From: Candidatus Aenigmatarchaeota archaeon
GTDB lineage: Archaea > Aenigmatarchaeota > Aenigmatarchaeia > CG10238-14 > SpSt-28
Assembly: GCA_038997165.1 (NCBI GenBank)
Contig: JAWBAK010000001.1
Coordinates: forward strand, 1 to 64,000
DNA: 64,000 bases
Reading direction: 5' to 3'
In this document: in pieces, positions 48,489-58,059 of the stretch
Layout: every line of letters begins with the position of its first letter
How positions within the stretch are numbered: position 1 is the first letter of the stretch
Position numbers and translations under genes: made by a program
Notes under the pieces: model-generated
Told to the model about the DNA's origin: nothing
The model's input: only the letters and a program-made list of their open reading frames with translations
Database searches by the model: none

Positions 48489-48728
48489 AGGGTAGGTAGC
48501 TGTAATCTCCCTTCTGTTTTTAAGGCGGCATTCTTCTAAGCGCCTTAAAGGCTTGCATCTCATTTGCTGCTCGGGCAATTTCATCCTATGCATATCTCAT
48601 CAGCTTTTGGCATCATTATCATTGAGTATGCATAGGTTATTTTTCTGACGCCCGAGCAGGGTTTATTAGCCCCTTAGCATCGATGGGGAGAATTTCCTCC
48701 TTACGGTAGCCGCCCAGCTACCTACCTA
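48489..48728 (-). ncRNA. rnpB: RNase P RNA, ~240 nt
   Basis: P1 GGTAGGTAGCTG/CAGCTACCTACC; P2 GGCGGC/GCCGCC; CR-I GAGGAAATTCTCCC pairs with CR-V ACAGAAGGGAGATTA; CAGAAA and TGAAA loops. Confidence 0.92.
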
Positions 48729-48746
48729 TCCCATAAATTATTTTTT

Positions 48747-49694
48747 TTAAGAAATAATAAATCCCATTATTTGAGAAATAACAATTTGAATTGCAAAATA
48801 AAGTAATAAAGAAATGGTTAAAATTATTGGAAAATATTTAATACCTATTTTTTCATTTCCTTCTTTTAAAGCTCCTATTATCATGCTAGAGAAAAAAGAA
48901 GTTATTAATATAGATAAAATTGCAAAATTTCTTATAAAATTTACATCTATATCAATTCCTTTAAAAGATAATGGAATATTAATAGGAATTTTTGCTTCAA
49001 ATCCTTTTGGAGCAAGAGTTTGAATTGTATAAACAAAATATGTTGTTATTCCAAACAATATTGGCATACCAAAAGAAACAGCGAAAAATATAAACATTGT
49101 GTATAAACTTATTATTGAACTTAATTCTTTTTTTAATACATTTCTGCTTCTTAAATCTTCGCTAATTTCAAATAATAAATCAGAAATTTTGGAACCTTTT
49201 TTAATTCCTTCCTCAAGTAAATATAAAAATCTTTGAAGTGTCTCTATTTTATATTTTTTTGAATATTTTTTTAAAACTTCTTCTATAGGCTTTCCACTAT
49301 AAATCTCTTTTCCTATATTTCTAAATATCTTATCCAAAATCCCAAATTCTTTTCTACAACTAGCTAATATAGCTGCTTCTAACGTTAATCCGCTTTTAAT
49401 ATTTGATGAAAAAAGACTAATAAATTCTGGTAAATTAACTTCAACCTTTTTCTTTGAATTTTCAACGCTTAAATACAATAAAAAAACAAAAGTTAAAAAA
49501 CCTATTAAAAAAGAGAAAAAAGCTAAAAATAAATTTTTAGATAGAAAAAATATCAACGAAAAAAGAATAAGTGAAAAATAAATTTGAGAAATAACAAAAC
49601 TTTTTTCGTTAATTTCGGTTTCTAAATATTCTAATTTTTCTTTTATCCATCTTAAATAGCTTTTTGGAATAATTGCTTCTAATTTTAAACCCAT
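48747..49694 (-). CDS. type IV pilus membrane platform protein (T2SS-F/TadC-like)
   Basis: LPEFI...SSNIKSG.TLE.A, EFG.L, several TMs. Confidence 0.88.
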   Translation of the reverse strand: MGLKLEAIIPKSYLRWIKEKLEYLETEINEKSFVISQIYFSLILFSLIFFLSKNLFLAFFSFLIGFLTFVFLLYLSVENSKKKVEVNLPEFISLFSSNIKSGLTLEAAILASCRKEFGILDKIFRNIGKEIYSGKPIEEVLKKYSKKYKIETLQRFLYLLEEGIKKGSKISDLLFEISEDLRSRNVLKKELSSIISLYTMFIFFAVSFGMPILFGITTYFVYTIQTLAPKGFEAKIPINIPLSFKGIDIDVNFIRNFAILSILITSFFSSMIIGALKEGNEKIGIKYFPIILTISLLLYFAIQIVISQIMGFIIS

Positions 49695-50557
49695 GGTCTT
49701 TTTGATTTAATTATTCCAATAAAATTAAATTGAACAAAAGCAATTAAAGCTAATATTATATATAAAAACTCTTTTGGAATTTTAATTCCTATAAAACTTG
49801 TTAATAATAAAATTACTATTAAACCCATTGTTGGAAAAATTATACAAAACATCATAAATGATAGGGCAATTGGATTAAGAGAAGATGCATATTCTCTTAT
49901 TTCAGCTCTTTGTTCATTAACTATATTATTTACAATATCTTTTAATACATCAGAAATTTCTACTCCACTTCTCAAAGAATTTATTATTTGCCACATTACT
50001 TTTCTAAATTTTTGGGATGGAATTTTCAATGCTAATTCTTCTAAAACTTGAATTTCCGAATAGCCAGAAGAAATTTTTTTAACAGCTTCTTTAAATTCTT
50101 TACTTAATATTCCATAATCTTGAGATGAAATAGATAAAAAGGCATTATATAAGGAAACGCCACCCCTTAATTCTATTAATAAATGTCTTAAAACATGTGG
50201 TAAATTTTTTTCAACATCTCTAACTTTTCTAGATACTAAAAAAGATGGAAAAAGAATAAAATAAATAAATACAAAAGAGGAAAATACTAAAGAGAGTATA
50301 AGTGAAATTGAAAAAATGTTTGCTTTTGAAATGATTCCAATAAAAAATAAAATTGAAAATAAAGTTAAAAACCAGTGAATAGAAGAGTAAATTGCTAACG
50401 ATAACCATTCTCTTTCATCGTAAGAAATATCTGCTTGTTTTAAGGTAATTTCTAAAGGTAAAATTTTTGAAATTTTATCTGCTAATATAAAAATAAAAGA
50501 TTTTTTAGAAATTTTTAAAATTGTTTCAGGTTTCATAGGTAAAAATGGTATTCTCAT
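49685..50557 (-). CDS. type IV pilus membrane platform protein (T2SS-F/TadB-like)
   Basis: LP..LRH..IEL.GG.SL, DYG.LS.EF, PS..FR. Confidence 0.88.
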   Translation of the reverse strand: MRIPFLPMKPETILKISKKSFIFILADKISKILPLEITLKQADISYDEREWLSLAIYSSIHWFLTLFSILFFIGIISKANIFSISLILSLVFSSFVFIYFILFPSFLVSRKVRDVEKNLPHVLRHLLIELRGGVSLYNAFLSISSQDYGILSKEFKEAVKKISSGYSEIQVLEELALKIPSQKFRKVMWQIINSLRSGVEISDVLKDIVNNIVNEQRAEIREYASSLNPIALSFMMFCIIFPTMGLIVILLLTSFIGIKIPKEFLYIILALIAFVQFNFIGIIKSKRPWV

Positions 50558-50691
50558 AATAAGAATATGTGATATTGCAACAATTATAATTTTATTTTAA
50601 CAAATCTATTGTTGAATATTTTGAAAGAAGCTATCGAGATTTCTATTTAGATAAAAAATAGCTTGATACACTAAAATTAATGAAATTTAAA

Positions 50692-52167
50692 CTAAAGGAA
50701 AATTTTTGGAGATTTTTTATTGTTCAATGCGTTTAAAACTTCTTCTCTATTTCTATAATATAAAGCAATTATTTTTCCTATATTTTCAGTTCCATTTAAA
50801 TCGTTTTCAATCATCCATTTTAATATTTTTTTCTTTTCTTCCAAATCGTCCAATTGCTCTTTTTTAGATAATCCAGTAAATAATTCTAATTCTTCATGTA
50901 TTCTTAAGCTTTCATTAGCTTTTTTGATTTCATCAATTTTTGCATCCCATCTATATAAATCATTAACCTTTTGAGGTAAAAAGGGAACTACTTCACTAAT
51001 TTGTAATAACCTTCTTATTCCTTTTCTTCTTTCTCTAAACATTACAGCAAATAAATGTAAACTTTCCATTAAAGTTTCTGGAACATTAATTGGTTCATGA
51101 GTTAATCTTCTATATGCTTGCTCTGCAGTTTCTGCGTGTAAGGTTGCATATACACTATGACCAGTATGCATTGCTTCAAATAATACTTCAGCTTCTTCTG
51201 CCCTTCTTATTTCTCCAACAACTATTCTATCTGGACGCATTCTTAAACTATTTACTAACAAATCTAACATTTTTATTTCTCCTTTACCTTCTGCACCAGC
51301 AGCTCTAGTAACTAAAGGAACCCAATGATGAAAAGAAGAAATGGAAAGTTCTCTAGTATCTTCAATGCTAACAATTCTTTGATTTGGAGGAATAAATTCT
51401 AAAATTACATTTAATAATGAAGTCTTTCCACTACCTGTTCCACCTGCAATTATTATATTTAATTCGTATTGAACTGATTGCCATAAAAAAGCTGCAGCAT
51501 CTAATGAAATTGTTTTATTATTTATAAAATCAATAACAGTCCAAGGATTTCTTCTAAATTTTCTTATTGTTATAGTATTTCCAAAAGAACTTATTGGATA
51601 TAATGTTGCATTTACTCTATCTCCACTTAATAAATAAGCATCCATTAATGGATTTAAAATATTTATTTGTCTACCAACTCTTCTTCCAATAATACTTGCT
51701 ATATTGTAAATTTCTTGTTCGTTTTTTAAATAAATGTTCGTTTTCAACCAACCAAATTTTTTGTGATATACCCAAATTGGTTCTTTTGAATTATTAATTG
51801 CTATTTCTTCCAAATTTGGATCCTCTATCAACAAATCTATTATTCCACTACCAATCATTTCTATAGTAATTAAATTTGCTAAATAATTTGCATCACTTTC
51901 TTTAATTTTAATTAATTTTTTTATTTCTTCTTTAGCTTGTAAAAAAATTTCATTTTTTAGTTTTTCATATGCTTCTTTATCTAAATTTTCCCTAATAGGT
52001 ATTTTTGAAATTAATTTTTCTTTTATTTCTTCTTTTAAAATTTCTGTACCTCTTTCTAATTTTGGTAATTTAATTTCATAATAACTAACAAAATCTCCTC
52101 TATCAACAATTTCTACATCTGCAGAAATAAAATCTAAATTTATTTTATATTTTTCTAAAATTTTCAT
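50692..52167 (-). CDS. type IV pilus assembly ATPase (CpaF/VirB11/ArlI family)
   Basis: GGTGSGKT, SIEDTREL, LRMRPDRIVVGEIR, TGH...TLHA. Confidence 0.95.
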   Translation of the reverse strand: MKILEKYKINLDFISADVEIVDRGDFVSYYEIKLPKLERGTEILKEEIKEKLISKIPIRENLDKEAYEKLKNEIFLQAKEEIKKLIKIKESDANYLANLITIEMIGSGIIDLLIEDPNLEEIAINNSKEPIWVYHKKFGWLKTNIYLKNEQEIYNIASIIGRRVGRQINILNPLMDAYLLSGDRVNATLYPISSFGNTITIRKFRRNPWTVIDFINNKTISLDAAAFLWQSVQYELNIIIAGGTGSGKTSLLNVILEFIPPNQRIVSIEDTRELSISSFHHWVPLVTRAAGAEGKGEIKMLDLLVNSLRMRPDRIVVGEIRRAEEAEVLFEAMHTGHSVYATLHAETAEQAYRRLTHEPINVPETLMESLHLFAVMFRERRKGIRRLLQISEVVPFLPQKVNDLYRWDAKIDEIKKANESLRIHEELELFTGLSKKEQLDDLEEKKKILKWMIENDLNGTENIGKIIALYYRNREEVLNALNNKKSPKIFL

Positions 52168-52760
52168 TTTTTCTTTATTATTATATTTCCTAAACTATAA
52201 CTTATTTCTATTATTCCATGTTTTTCTAAAATTTTTAAATTTTGCTCTAAATAGCTTAAATCCTCATTTAATTCTTTAGATAATTCGTTTAAACTAATTT
52301 GCTTTTTTTCTTCTAAAATTTTTAAAATTTTGTCTATTAAAGTAAAAATTTTTTCCTTTCTTTCTTCTTTTTCTTCTTTATAAAAAATTTTTAATATATC
52401 CAATTTACTAACTATTCCTATAACTTTATATTCTTTATCTACTATAGGAATTCTAGAAATATCATATTTTATCATTAATTTAATTAATCTTTTAATTGAT
52501 GTATTTTCTCTTGCAACTATTAATCTTCTTTTTCTTTTAATTATCTCTTTAACTTTTAATTTTTCCAATTCTTTCTCATTATACTTTTCAGAAAGTTTAA
52601 CTATATCTGTTTGAGAAATTATTCCAACAATTTTTCCACTATTATCAATAATTGGTAAACCAGAAATTTTATTTTTTAACATTTTTAAAGAAACTTCTTT
52701 AATTGTTTCATCTGGTCTTGCAAAAATAATATTTTTACTCATTATATCTTTAGCTTTCAT
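52164..52760 (-). CDS. CBS-pair protein with C-terminal winged helix
   Basis: Two CBS motifs (ISGLPII..GIIS; ISRIPIVD..GIVS), then LNELSKEL..LEKHGII. Confidence 0.85.
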   Translation of the reverse strand: MKAKDIMSKNIIFARPDETIKEVSLKMLKNKISGLPIIDNSGKIVGIISQTDIVKLSEKYNEKELEKLKVKEIIKRKRRLIVARENTSIKRLIKLMIKYDISRIPIVDKEYKVIGIVSKLDILKIFYKEEKEERKEKIFTLIDKILKILEEKKQISLNELSKELNEDLSYLEQNLKILEKHGIIEISYSLGNIIIKKK

Positions 52761-52786
52761 AAAAATAGTTTTTCGACATAATATTT

Positions 52787-53173
52787 ATGAAAATTCAAAG
52801 CGCATTAGAATATTTATTAATTTCAAGCTTTATATTAACAATAATAATAATTGGTTTTTCGTTTGCGTTTAGAGAAAGTACGCATCAAATTTTTCAAATA
52901 AATATTAGACAAATAGAAGTAAATCTTCAAAAAATAATATATTATTCAGAATTAGTATTTTCCCAGGATACTCCAGCAAAATATACTTTAAAATTAAATT
53001 TTCCAATAGAAACGAAAATATATAATATTTCAAATGTTTTAATAGCTGAATATTCAAACAATAAAATTTCCTATCCTTTAAATTTTAATATTTTTGTTAA
53101 TGAAAGTTTTTTTGGTTTTATTACTATAGAAATAAAAAATGAAGGAAATTATGTCAAAATTAAAAAAATTTAA
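52787..53173 (+). CDS. minor pilin-like protein
   Basis: K-x-QSALEYL followed by a hydrophobic helix. Confidence 0.7.
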   Translation: MKIQSALEYLLISSFILTIIIIGFSFAFRESTHQIFQINIRQIEVNLQKIIYYSELVFSQDTPAKYTLKLNFPIETKIYNISNVLIAEYSNNKISYPLNFNIFVNESFFGFITIEIKNEGNYVKIKKI

Positions 53174-53534
53174 AAATCAGTTTTCACTAGAATATTTTGT
53201 CGGTTTTTTTGCCTTATTTTCATTACTCTATATATTTTTCTATGTTTATTTAGATTCTAATAAAAAGTTTGTAGAATTAATAAATTTTTTTAATGAAGAA
53301 AGTGAATGTTATTTTTTGGCTTCCAAATTTAATTCCTTATTTCCAATAATTGTTAGAAATATTACATATATTGAAGAATTTTATATAGATTTAAAAAATT
53401 TTGCAAAAATAGAAAATTATAGAATTTTTATTGGAAATGTTAGTTGTTTTACAAAAATTGAAAAAATTGAAGGAATAATAAAAAATGGAAAAAATATAAT
53501 AATAGTTGAAAATGGAAATGTTAAAGTTATTTAA
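53151..53534 (+). CDS. minor pilin-like protein
   Basis: K-x-QFSLEYF followed by a hydrophobic helix. Confidence 0.7.
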   Translation: MSKLKKFKNQFSLEYFVGFFALFSLLYIFFYVYLDSNKKFVELINFFNEESECYFLASKFNSLFPIIVRNITYIEEFYIDLKNFAKIENYRIFIGNVSCFTKIEKIEGIIKNGKNIIIVENGNVKVI

Positions 53535-53982
53535 ATTGCAAATTACATCAATAGAATTTTTAATAGCATTAATAATTTTTATTTTTTTAATTCTAACTCT
53601 TTTTACTATTCAAGTAAAAAAAATAAATGAATTTTTAGAGTATTATGAAGATTTAACTCTTTTAAGAGATTTAGATACAATAGAAGTTTTATTAGATATT
53701 GAAGGAAAACCAAAAGATTGGAATAGTAGTAATTTTGAAGTTTTAGGATTAAGAACGAATGGAAAAATTGATATGAAAAAAGTAAATTATTTAAGGGAAA
53801 TTGACTATAAAGATTTGAAAAAATATTTATTAATAAGAAATGAATTTTGTATAAAAAATTTTGAAGTAGGAAATTGTAGTTATGAAAATTCTCAAAAAAT
53901 TTTTGTTAGAAAAAAAATTGCTAGTATTCTAATTAATAATTTTTCTTATTTAGATGAAATAAAGATAATTGTTTGGAATTAA
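53518..53982 (+). CDS. minor pilin-like protein
   Basis: K-x-QITSIEFLI, hydrophobic helix, G.P.DW...LGL motif. Confidence 0.7.
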   Translation: MLKLFKLQITSIEFLIALIIFIFLILTLFTIQVKKINEFLEYYEDLTLLRDLDTIEVLLDIEGKPKDWNSSNFEVLGLRTNGKIDMKKVNYLREIDYKDLKKYLLIRNEFCIKNFEVGNCSYENSQKIFVRKKIASILINNFSYLDEIKIIVWN

Positions 53983-53985
53983 ATT

Positions 53986-55965
53986 ATGAAAGCAATTTCT
54001 TTCTCATTAGATATAATTCTATCGTTAACAATTTTTTCTTTTTCATTAATTATATTTTTTTATTTTCTTTCTATAGAAAATATAGGTTTTAAAAATTTAA
54101 ATAATTTAACTATATATCAAGAATTAGAAAAGAAGAATTATGCAAATGAAATTTTATTATCTTTAATTTCTACAAAAGTAAAAGAAATTAATTTTTCAAT
54201 TCAAAATTTAAGTAATTATATTAGCAATGATGATTTTGAAAAATCTTTAGCAGAAATAATTTCATCTTTTTATCTTTCTGGAATTTATAGCTCTAATCAA
54301 ACATTAAAAAATATAGCTAAAGAAATTTTAGAGGAATTTTTAAAAGAAATAAACAATAAATATTGTATTGAAATAAAAATTGGTAATGAAAGTATTTACA
54401 AAAATTGTGAAAATTATTCATCCTTAATTCAAACTTCCTCTTTATTTATTAGTGGATTAGAATATGGAAGACCTATTAGTGGATATATTGCAAGAGCTTG
54501 GTTAACAAAGTATAAAAAAGTTACTACAGAAATTATTGATTTTTTAGTTAGTGGTTCTGGTTGGAAAGTTATTGCAAATAGAGGTGGGGATTTTGAATAT
54601 TATAAAAATTTTTATATTTCAGATGATAATGAAATTCTTAATGCAATTTTATTTGTCTCAATTCATGTTGGAAATATAAGAACAGAAACAGCTTTATTTA
54701 AAAATTTTTATGTAAACAATTGTAATATTAGAAACGATGTCTTAAATAATATATTATATTCTCAATGCGAAGGTAGTGGAACAGAAATTACATGTGCAAT
54801 ATTTTCAATAGTTAATATTACTAATTGTATTAAAAAAGGTAATAATATAGTTAGAATTGAAGTTGGTTCTCCTCAAACATATCATGCACATTTTCATCCT
54901 GGATTTAAAATTTCTTTAGATTTAAAGAAATCGGAAAAATTAAAAGAAGAAACAAATGAATTTAAAGAAAGGATTTATTTTGATAGAATAATTGGAAGAA
55001 CTGGTGCCTGGGTTATAATTCCATTCTTTATTCCAGAAAATGCAATCTATTATAATGCTACTTTAAATTTAATTGCTTTAAATGTTGAAGATACTTATCT
55101 AAAAAATAGAGGAATAAATACAAGTGATATAATAATTTTTTTAAATTCAAAAGATCCAATTTTTAAAGATGGTGAAGATAAAATTGATATTTTTTATCCA
55201 TACCAACCAAATTATTGTAATTCAATAGATAGTAGAAATTATTATTGTAGTAGAGATGTTGCTTCAACTAAAAATTTTGTTTTAACTTTAAATTTAACAC
55301 CATATTTAATTAAAGGAACAAATACTTTATCAATTTATATAAATTCTTTTGGTGATTTTCATTGGGGTATAGACTATGCAGAAATCTCTAATGAAAGTTA
55401 TATAGAAATTTATTATATACTTAATGAATCTAGCTTAAAATATGGAGAAATTGATATAAATAAAGAAATAATATTTGGAGGAAAAGCAGAAAATCCCAAA
55501 ATTTTTTATTATAATAGAAGTGAAGAAAAAATTATTTCTTCTTTTGTTCATTTAGTTCAAGGATTTAGCTCTATGATTAATGCATCTATTAATAATTTTT
55601 CTTTTTATATTTCTCCCTCTCCTAGAGCTGTACCTTCTCATTTCTATTTAACTCCAAGTTTAATAAAATTTGGAAATAATTCAATAGAAATTAAAGATAT
55701 TCAACCAAGCGGAAGTTTAAGTCCAAGTAATTATATTTTACCATGGACTTCTTTAGAAATAAAATATGTAGTAAAAGGTTTAGTTGGATATGGAAATGTT
55801 TTTGAAAATAAAGAAGATGCAATAAATGATGCAATAATAAGATTAAAAAATCAAATTGGTAATGTTGAAATAGAAGATATATATGTAGAAACTCAAGATG
55901 TTTTTGGAGTTAGATGGCTTATTGGACCAGAAATATTAAAAGTAATAGTATGGCCAAAGGATTAA
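53986..55965 (+). CDS. large pilin-like protein / putative adhesin
   Basis: KA/ISFSLDII signal; large beta-rich head; C-terminal LKVIVW. Confidence 0.65.
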   Translation: MKAISFSLDIILSLTIFSFSLIIFFYFLSIENIGFKNLNNLTIYQELEKKNYANEILLSLISTKVKEINFSIQNLSNYISNDDFEKSLAEIISSFYLSGIYSSNQTLKNIAKEILEEFLKEINNKYCIEIKIGNESIYKNCENYSSLIQTSSLFISGLEYGRPISGYIARAWLTKYKKVTTEIIDFLVSGSGWKVIANRGGDFEYYKNFYISDDNEILNAILFVSIHVGNIRTETALFKNFYVNNCNIRNDVLNNILYSQCEGSGTEITCAIFSIVNITNCIKKGNNIVRIEVGSPQTYHAHFHPGFKISLDLKKSEKLKEETNEFKERIYFDRIIGRTGAWVIIPFFIPENAIYYNATLNLIALNVEDTYLKNRGINTSDIIIFLNSKDPIFKDGEDKIDIFYPYQPNYCNSIDSRNYYCSRDVASTKNFVLTLNLTPYLIKGTNTLSIYINSFGDFHWGIDYAEISNESYIEIYYILNESSLKYGEIDINKEIIFGGKAENPKIFYYNRSEEKIISSFVHLVQGFSSMINASINNFSFYISPSPRAVPSHFYLTPSLIKFGNNSIEIKDIQPSGSLSPSNYILPWTSLEIKYVVKGLVGYGNVFENKEDAINDAIIRLKNQIGNVEIEDIYVETQDVFGVRWLIGPEILKVIVWPKD

Positions 55966-57146
55966 CTTTTTCGTTTTTAATTTTTTTATTTGCTAGCATT
56001 TCTTTTCTAATAATATTTTTCCTTTTGGGTATTCAAGAAATTTCAATAAAAAGAATTAGTACTGAAAGAGATATAGAATTTATATTAAATACTTTAGAAT
56101 TTATAAAAAGCGATTTATTAAATTTTATTGAAATATCTATTCCAAGAATTTTGAATTCTATAATAAGCTATGAAATTGAAAATGGTATTTTTGTTAATGA
56201 TGTGAAAAATACAATAAAAAATGCATTTTTTTATTCAATTTTTTTAGATGAAAATTATCTTATCAAAAATTCCTCTTTAATTGATTATGAAAAAAGAATA
56301 AATTCTTTTTTAAATAAATATGGCTTTAATATTTCTATTTTTCCAATAAATTTTGATGTTTTTCATTATACTTCTTTTAAAATTTATGTTAATACAACTT
56401 TAATGATTAACATATCTTATAAAAATAAGTTTATTTCTTCAATAGAAAAATTTGAAAAAAATATTTCAATAATAAATTTTGAAGACCCATTTTATATAAT
56501 AAATTCTAATGGTTTAGCAACAAATTTTATAAAAACTAAAAATTTTGATTTTTTTGTTAGAAAAGATGTTATAGGAAATGGAAGCGGAATTGCAATGGCT
56601 AAATCAATTATTTTCTTTGATAAAAATTCGATATTAAATTTAGATAATAAACAAAATTATATTTTAGTAACTAATAATGATTCAGAAATTATTAATATAA
56701 TAAATCAATTTGCAGGTATTATATTAGAAAAAAATTCTACTATAATTAATATTCCACATGTAATTGGAAATATTTCAAACGTTTTAAATAATACTTATTA
56801 TTTAATTAAAAATGGTAAAGCTTATAATGTTGAAAATTTAAAGTATGCATTAGAAAATCAGCTTTGTTTTAGTAGCTCAGAAGGTGCAACATTTTTAGAT
56901 AGATTAGAAGGAAGAAATAGAAATAGCAATAAATATAATTTAACAGCCTTTGATGGAATTGAATGTTTTGTTAATAAAGAATATTTAGCTTTAAGCGGTT
57001 TAAATGTTTATACTAATAAAACAAATATTGACTATATTTATTTTTCTTTTGAAAATCCAAAAAGTTATAAAGTTTCTGGTTTTAAAAATTTTTATATCGA
57101 TGAAAATCATATATTAAAATATCAGCTAGAAGAAATAATAGAATAA
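55950..57146 (+). CDS. pilin-like protein
   Basis: KG/LTFS signal; FEDP.Y, GATFLDRLEG, GIE.FV motifs. Confidence 0.65.
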   Translation: MAKGLTFSFLIFLFASISFLIIFFLLGIQEISIKRISTERDIEFILNTLEFIKSDLLNFIEISIPRILNSIISYEIENGIFVNDVKNTIKNAFFYSIFLDENYLIKNSSLIDYEKRINSFLNKYGFNISIFPINFDVFHYTSFKIYVNTTLMINISYKNKFISSIEKFEKNISIINFEDPFYIINSNGLATNFIKTKNFDFFVRKDVIGNGSGIAMAKSIIFFDKNSILNLDNKQNYILVTNNDSEIINIINQFAGIILEKNSTIINIPHVIGNISNVLNNTYYLIKNGKAYNVENLKYALENQLCFSSSEGATFLDRLEGRNRNSNKYNLTAFDGIECFVNKEYLALSGLNVYTNKTNIDYIYFSFENPKSYKVSGFKNFYIDENHILKYQLEEIIE

Positions 57147-57156
57147 ATTTTAATTT

Positions 57157-57897
57157 ATGGAACTAAAAAAGATTTTAATTTCTTTATTTTTAACGTTTTT
57201 TGTTATTTTTCTATCTTATTTAACTTCTAAATCTATAGTTCAAATAGCAAAGATAGAAAAAAATATAGATAATAAAACCAACGAAAATATAAATATTAGT
57301 AATATTATTTCTGAAGAAAAAAACGAAAGCAAAAATATTATAAATATAAATAATGAAAGTTTTGAAAATAAAACAGAAAAAGAAATTTTTATAGAAAAAA
57401 TAGAAAAAAATAAAGATATTTCTTATGAAAATAATAAAATAAAAATTGTTAATTATACTAAATTTGAAGAAGCCTATATATATGATATTTGCTATACAAA
57501 AGAAATTTTAAGCATAGAAGGAAAAAATTTTGTTTGTTTGAATGAAATTCCAAAAAATATAGGAATTTTTGTTGAAGATAGTAATTTAAAAATAATATAT
57601 AATGATATATTAATAAGGGAAGAAAAATTAAGCGATAAAATATTGTTAGGATATGCTTATGCAAAAGATTTTTATGGTGTTGAAGGTGAAATAGAGAAAT
57701 TTTATACTAATTCTACTATAGCTTATATAGAAGATTTTGGTTTAGGGAATATAGAATATTTTGGCTATAAAATTGTTTATGCATACTTTCCAATTTATTT
57801 AAATTCTATATATATTAAAAATGAAACAATACATATTTTTGTTAAAACTTCTATGAAAGATTATCTTATTTCCTCTATAAATATCGACAAAAAATAA
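57157..57897 (+). CDS. membrane-anchored hypothetical protein
   Basis: N-terminal TM, Asn/Glu-rich linker, beta-rich domain. Confidence 0.6.
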   Translation: MELKKILISLFLTFFVIFLSYLTSKSIVQIAKIEKNIDNKTNENINISNIISEEKNESKNIININNESFENKTEKEIFIEKIEKNKDISYENNKIKIVNYTKFEEAYIYDICYTKEILSIEGKNFVCLNEIPKNIGIFVEDSNLKIIYNDILIREEKLSDKILLGYAYAKDFYGVEGEIEKFYTNSTIAYIEDFGLGNIEYFGYKIVYAYFPIYLNSIYIKNETIHIFVKTSMKDYLISSINIDKK

Positions 57898-58059
57898 TTA
57901 TCTAAACATTTTATTTTAAAATCGACAGTTAAGATAAATTTTTAAATTATATTTTATTTAAAATTTTTTTCTAGTTTTTTGTTCATAAGTTCGACAAAAA
58001 CTTTACTCGAATATTAAAATATAGTGGTTTCAGATTATAATTAATTTTAGTAGTATAAT

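Noticed and set aside
48489..48728. SRP RNA or mobile-element inverted repeat
   Set aside because: The terminal repeat is P1, and the RNase P CR-I/CR-V pairing is present; no SRP helix 8 motif
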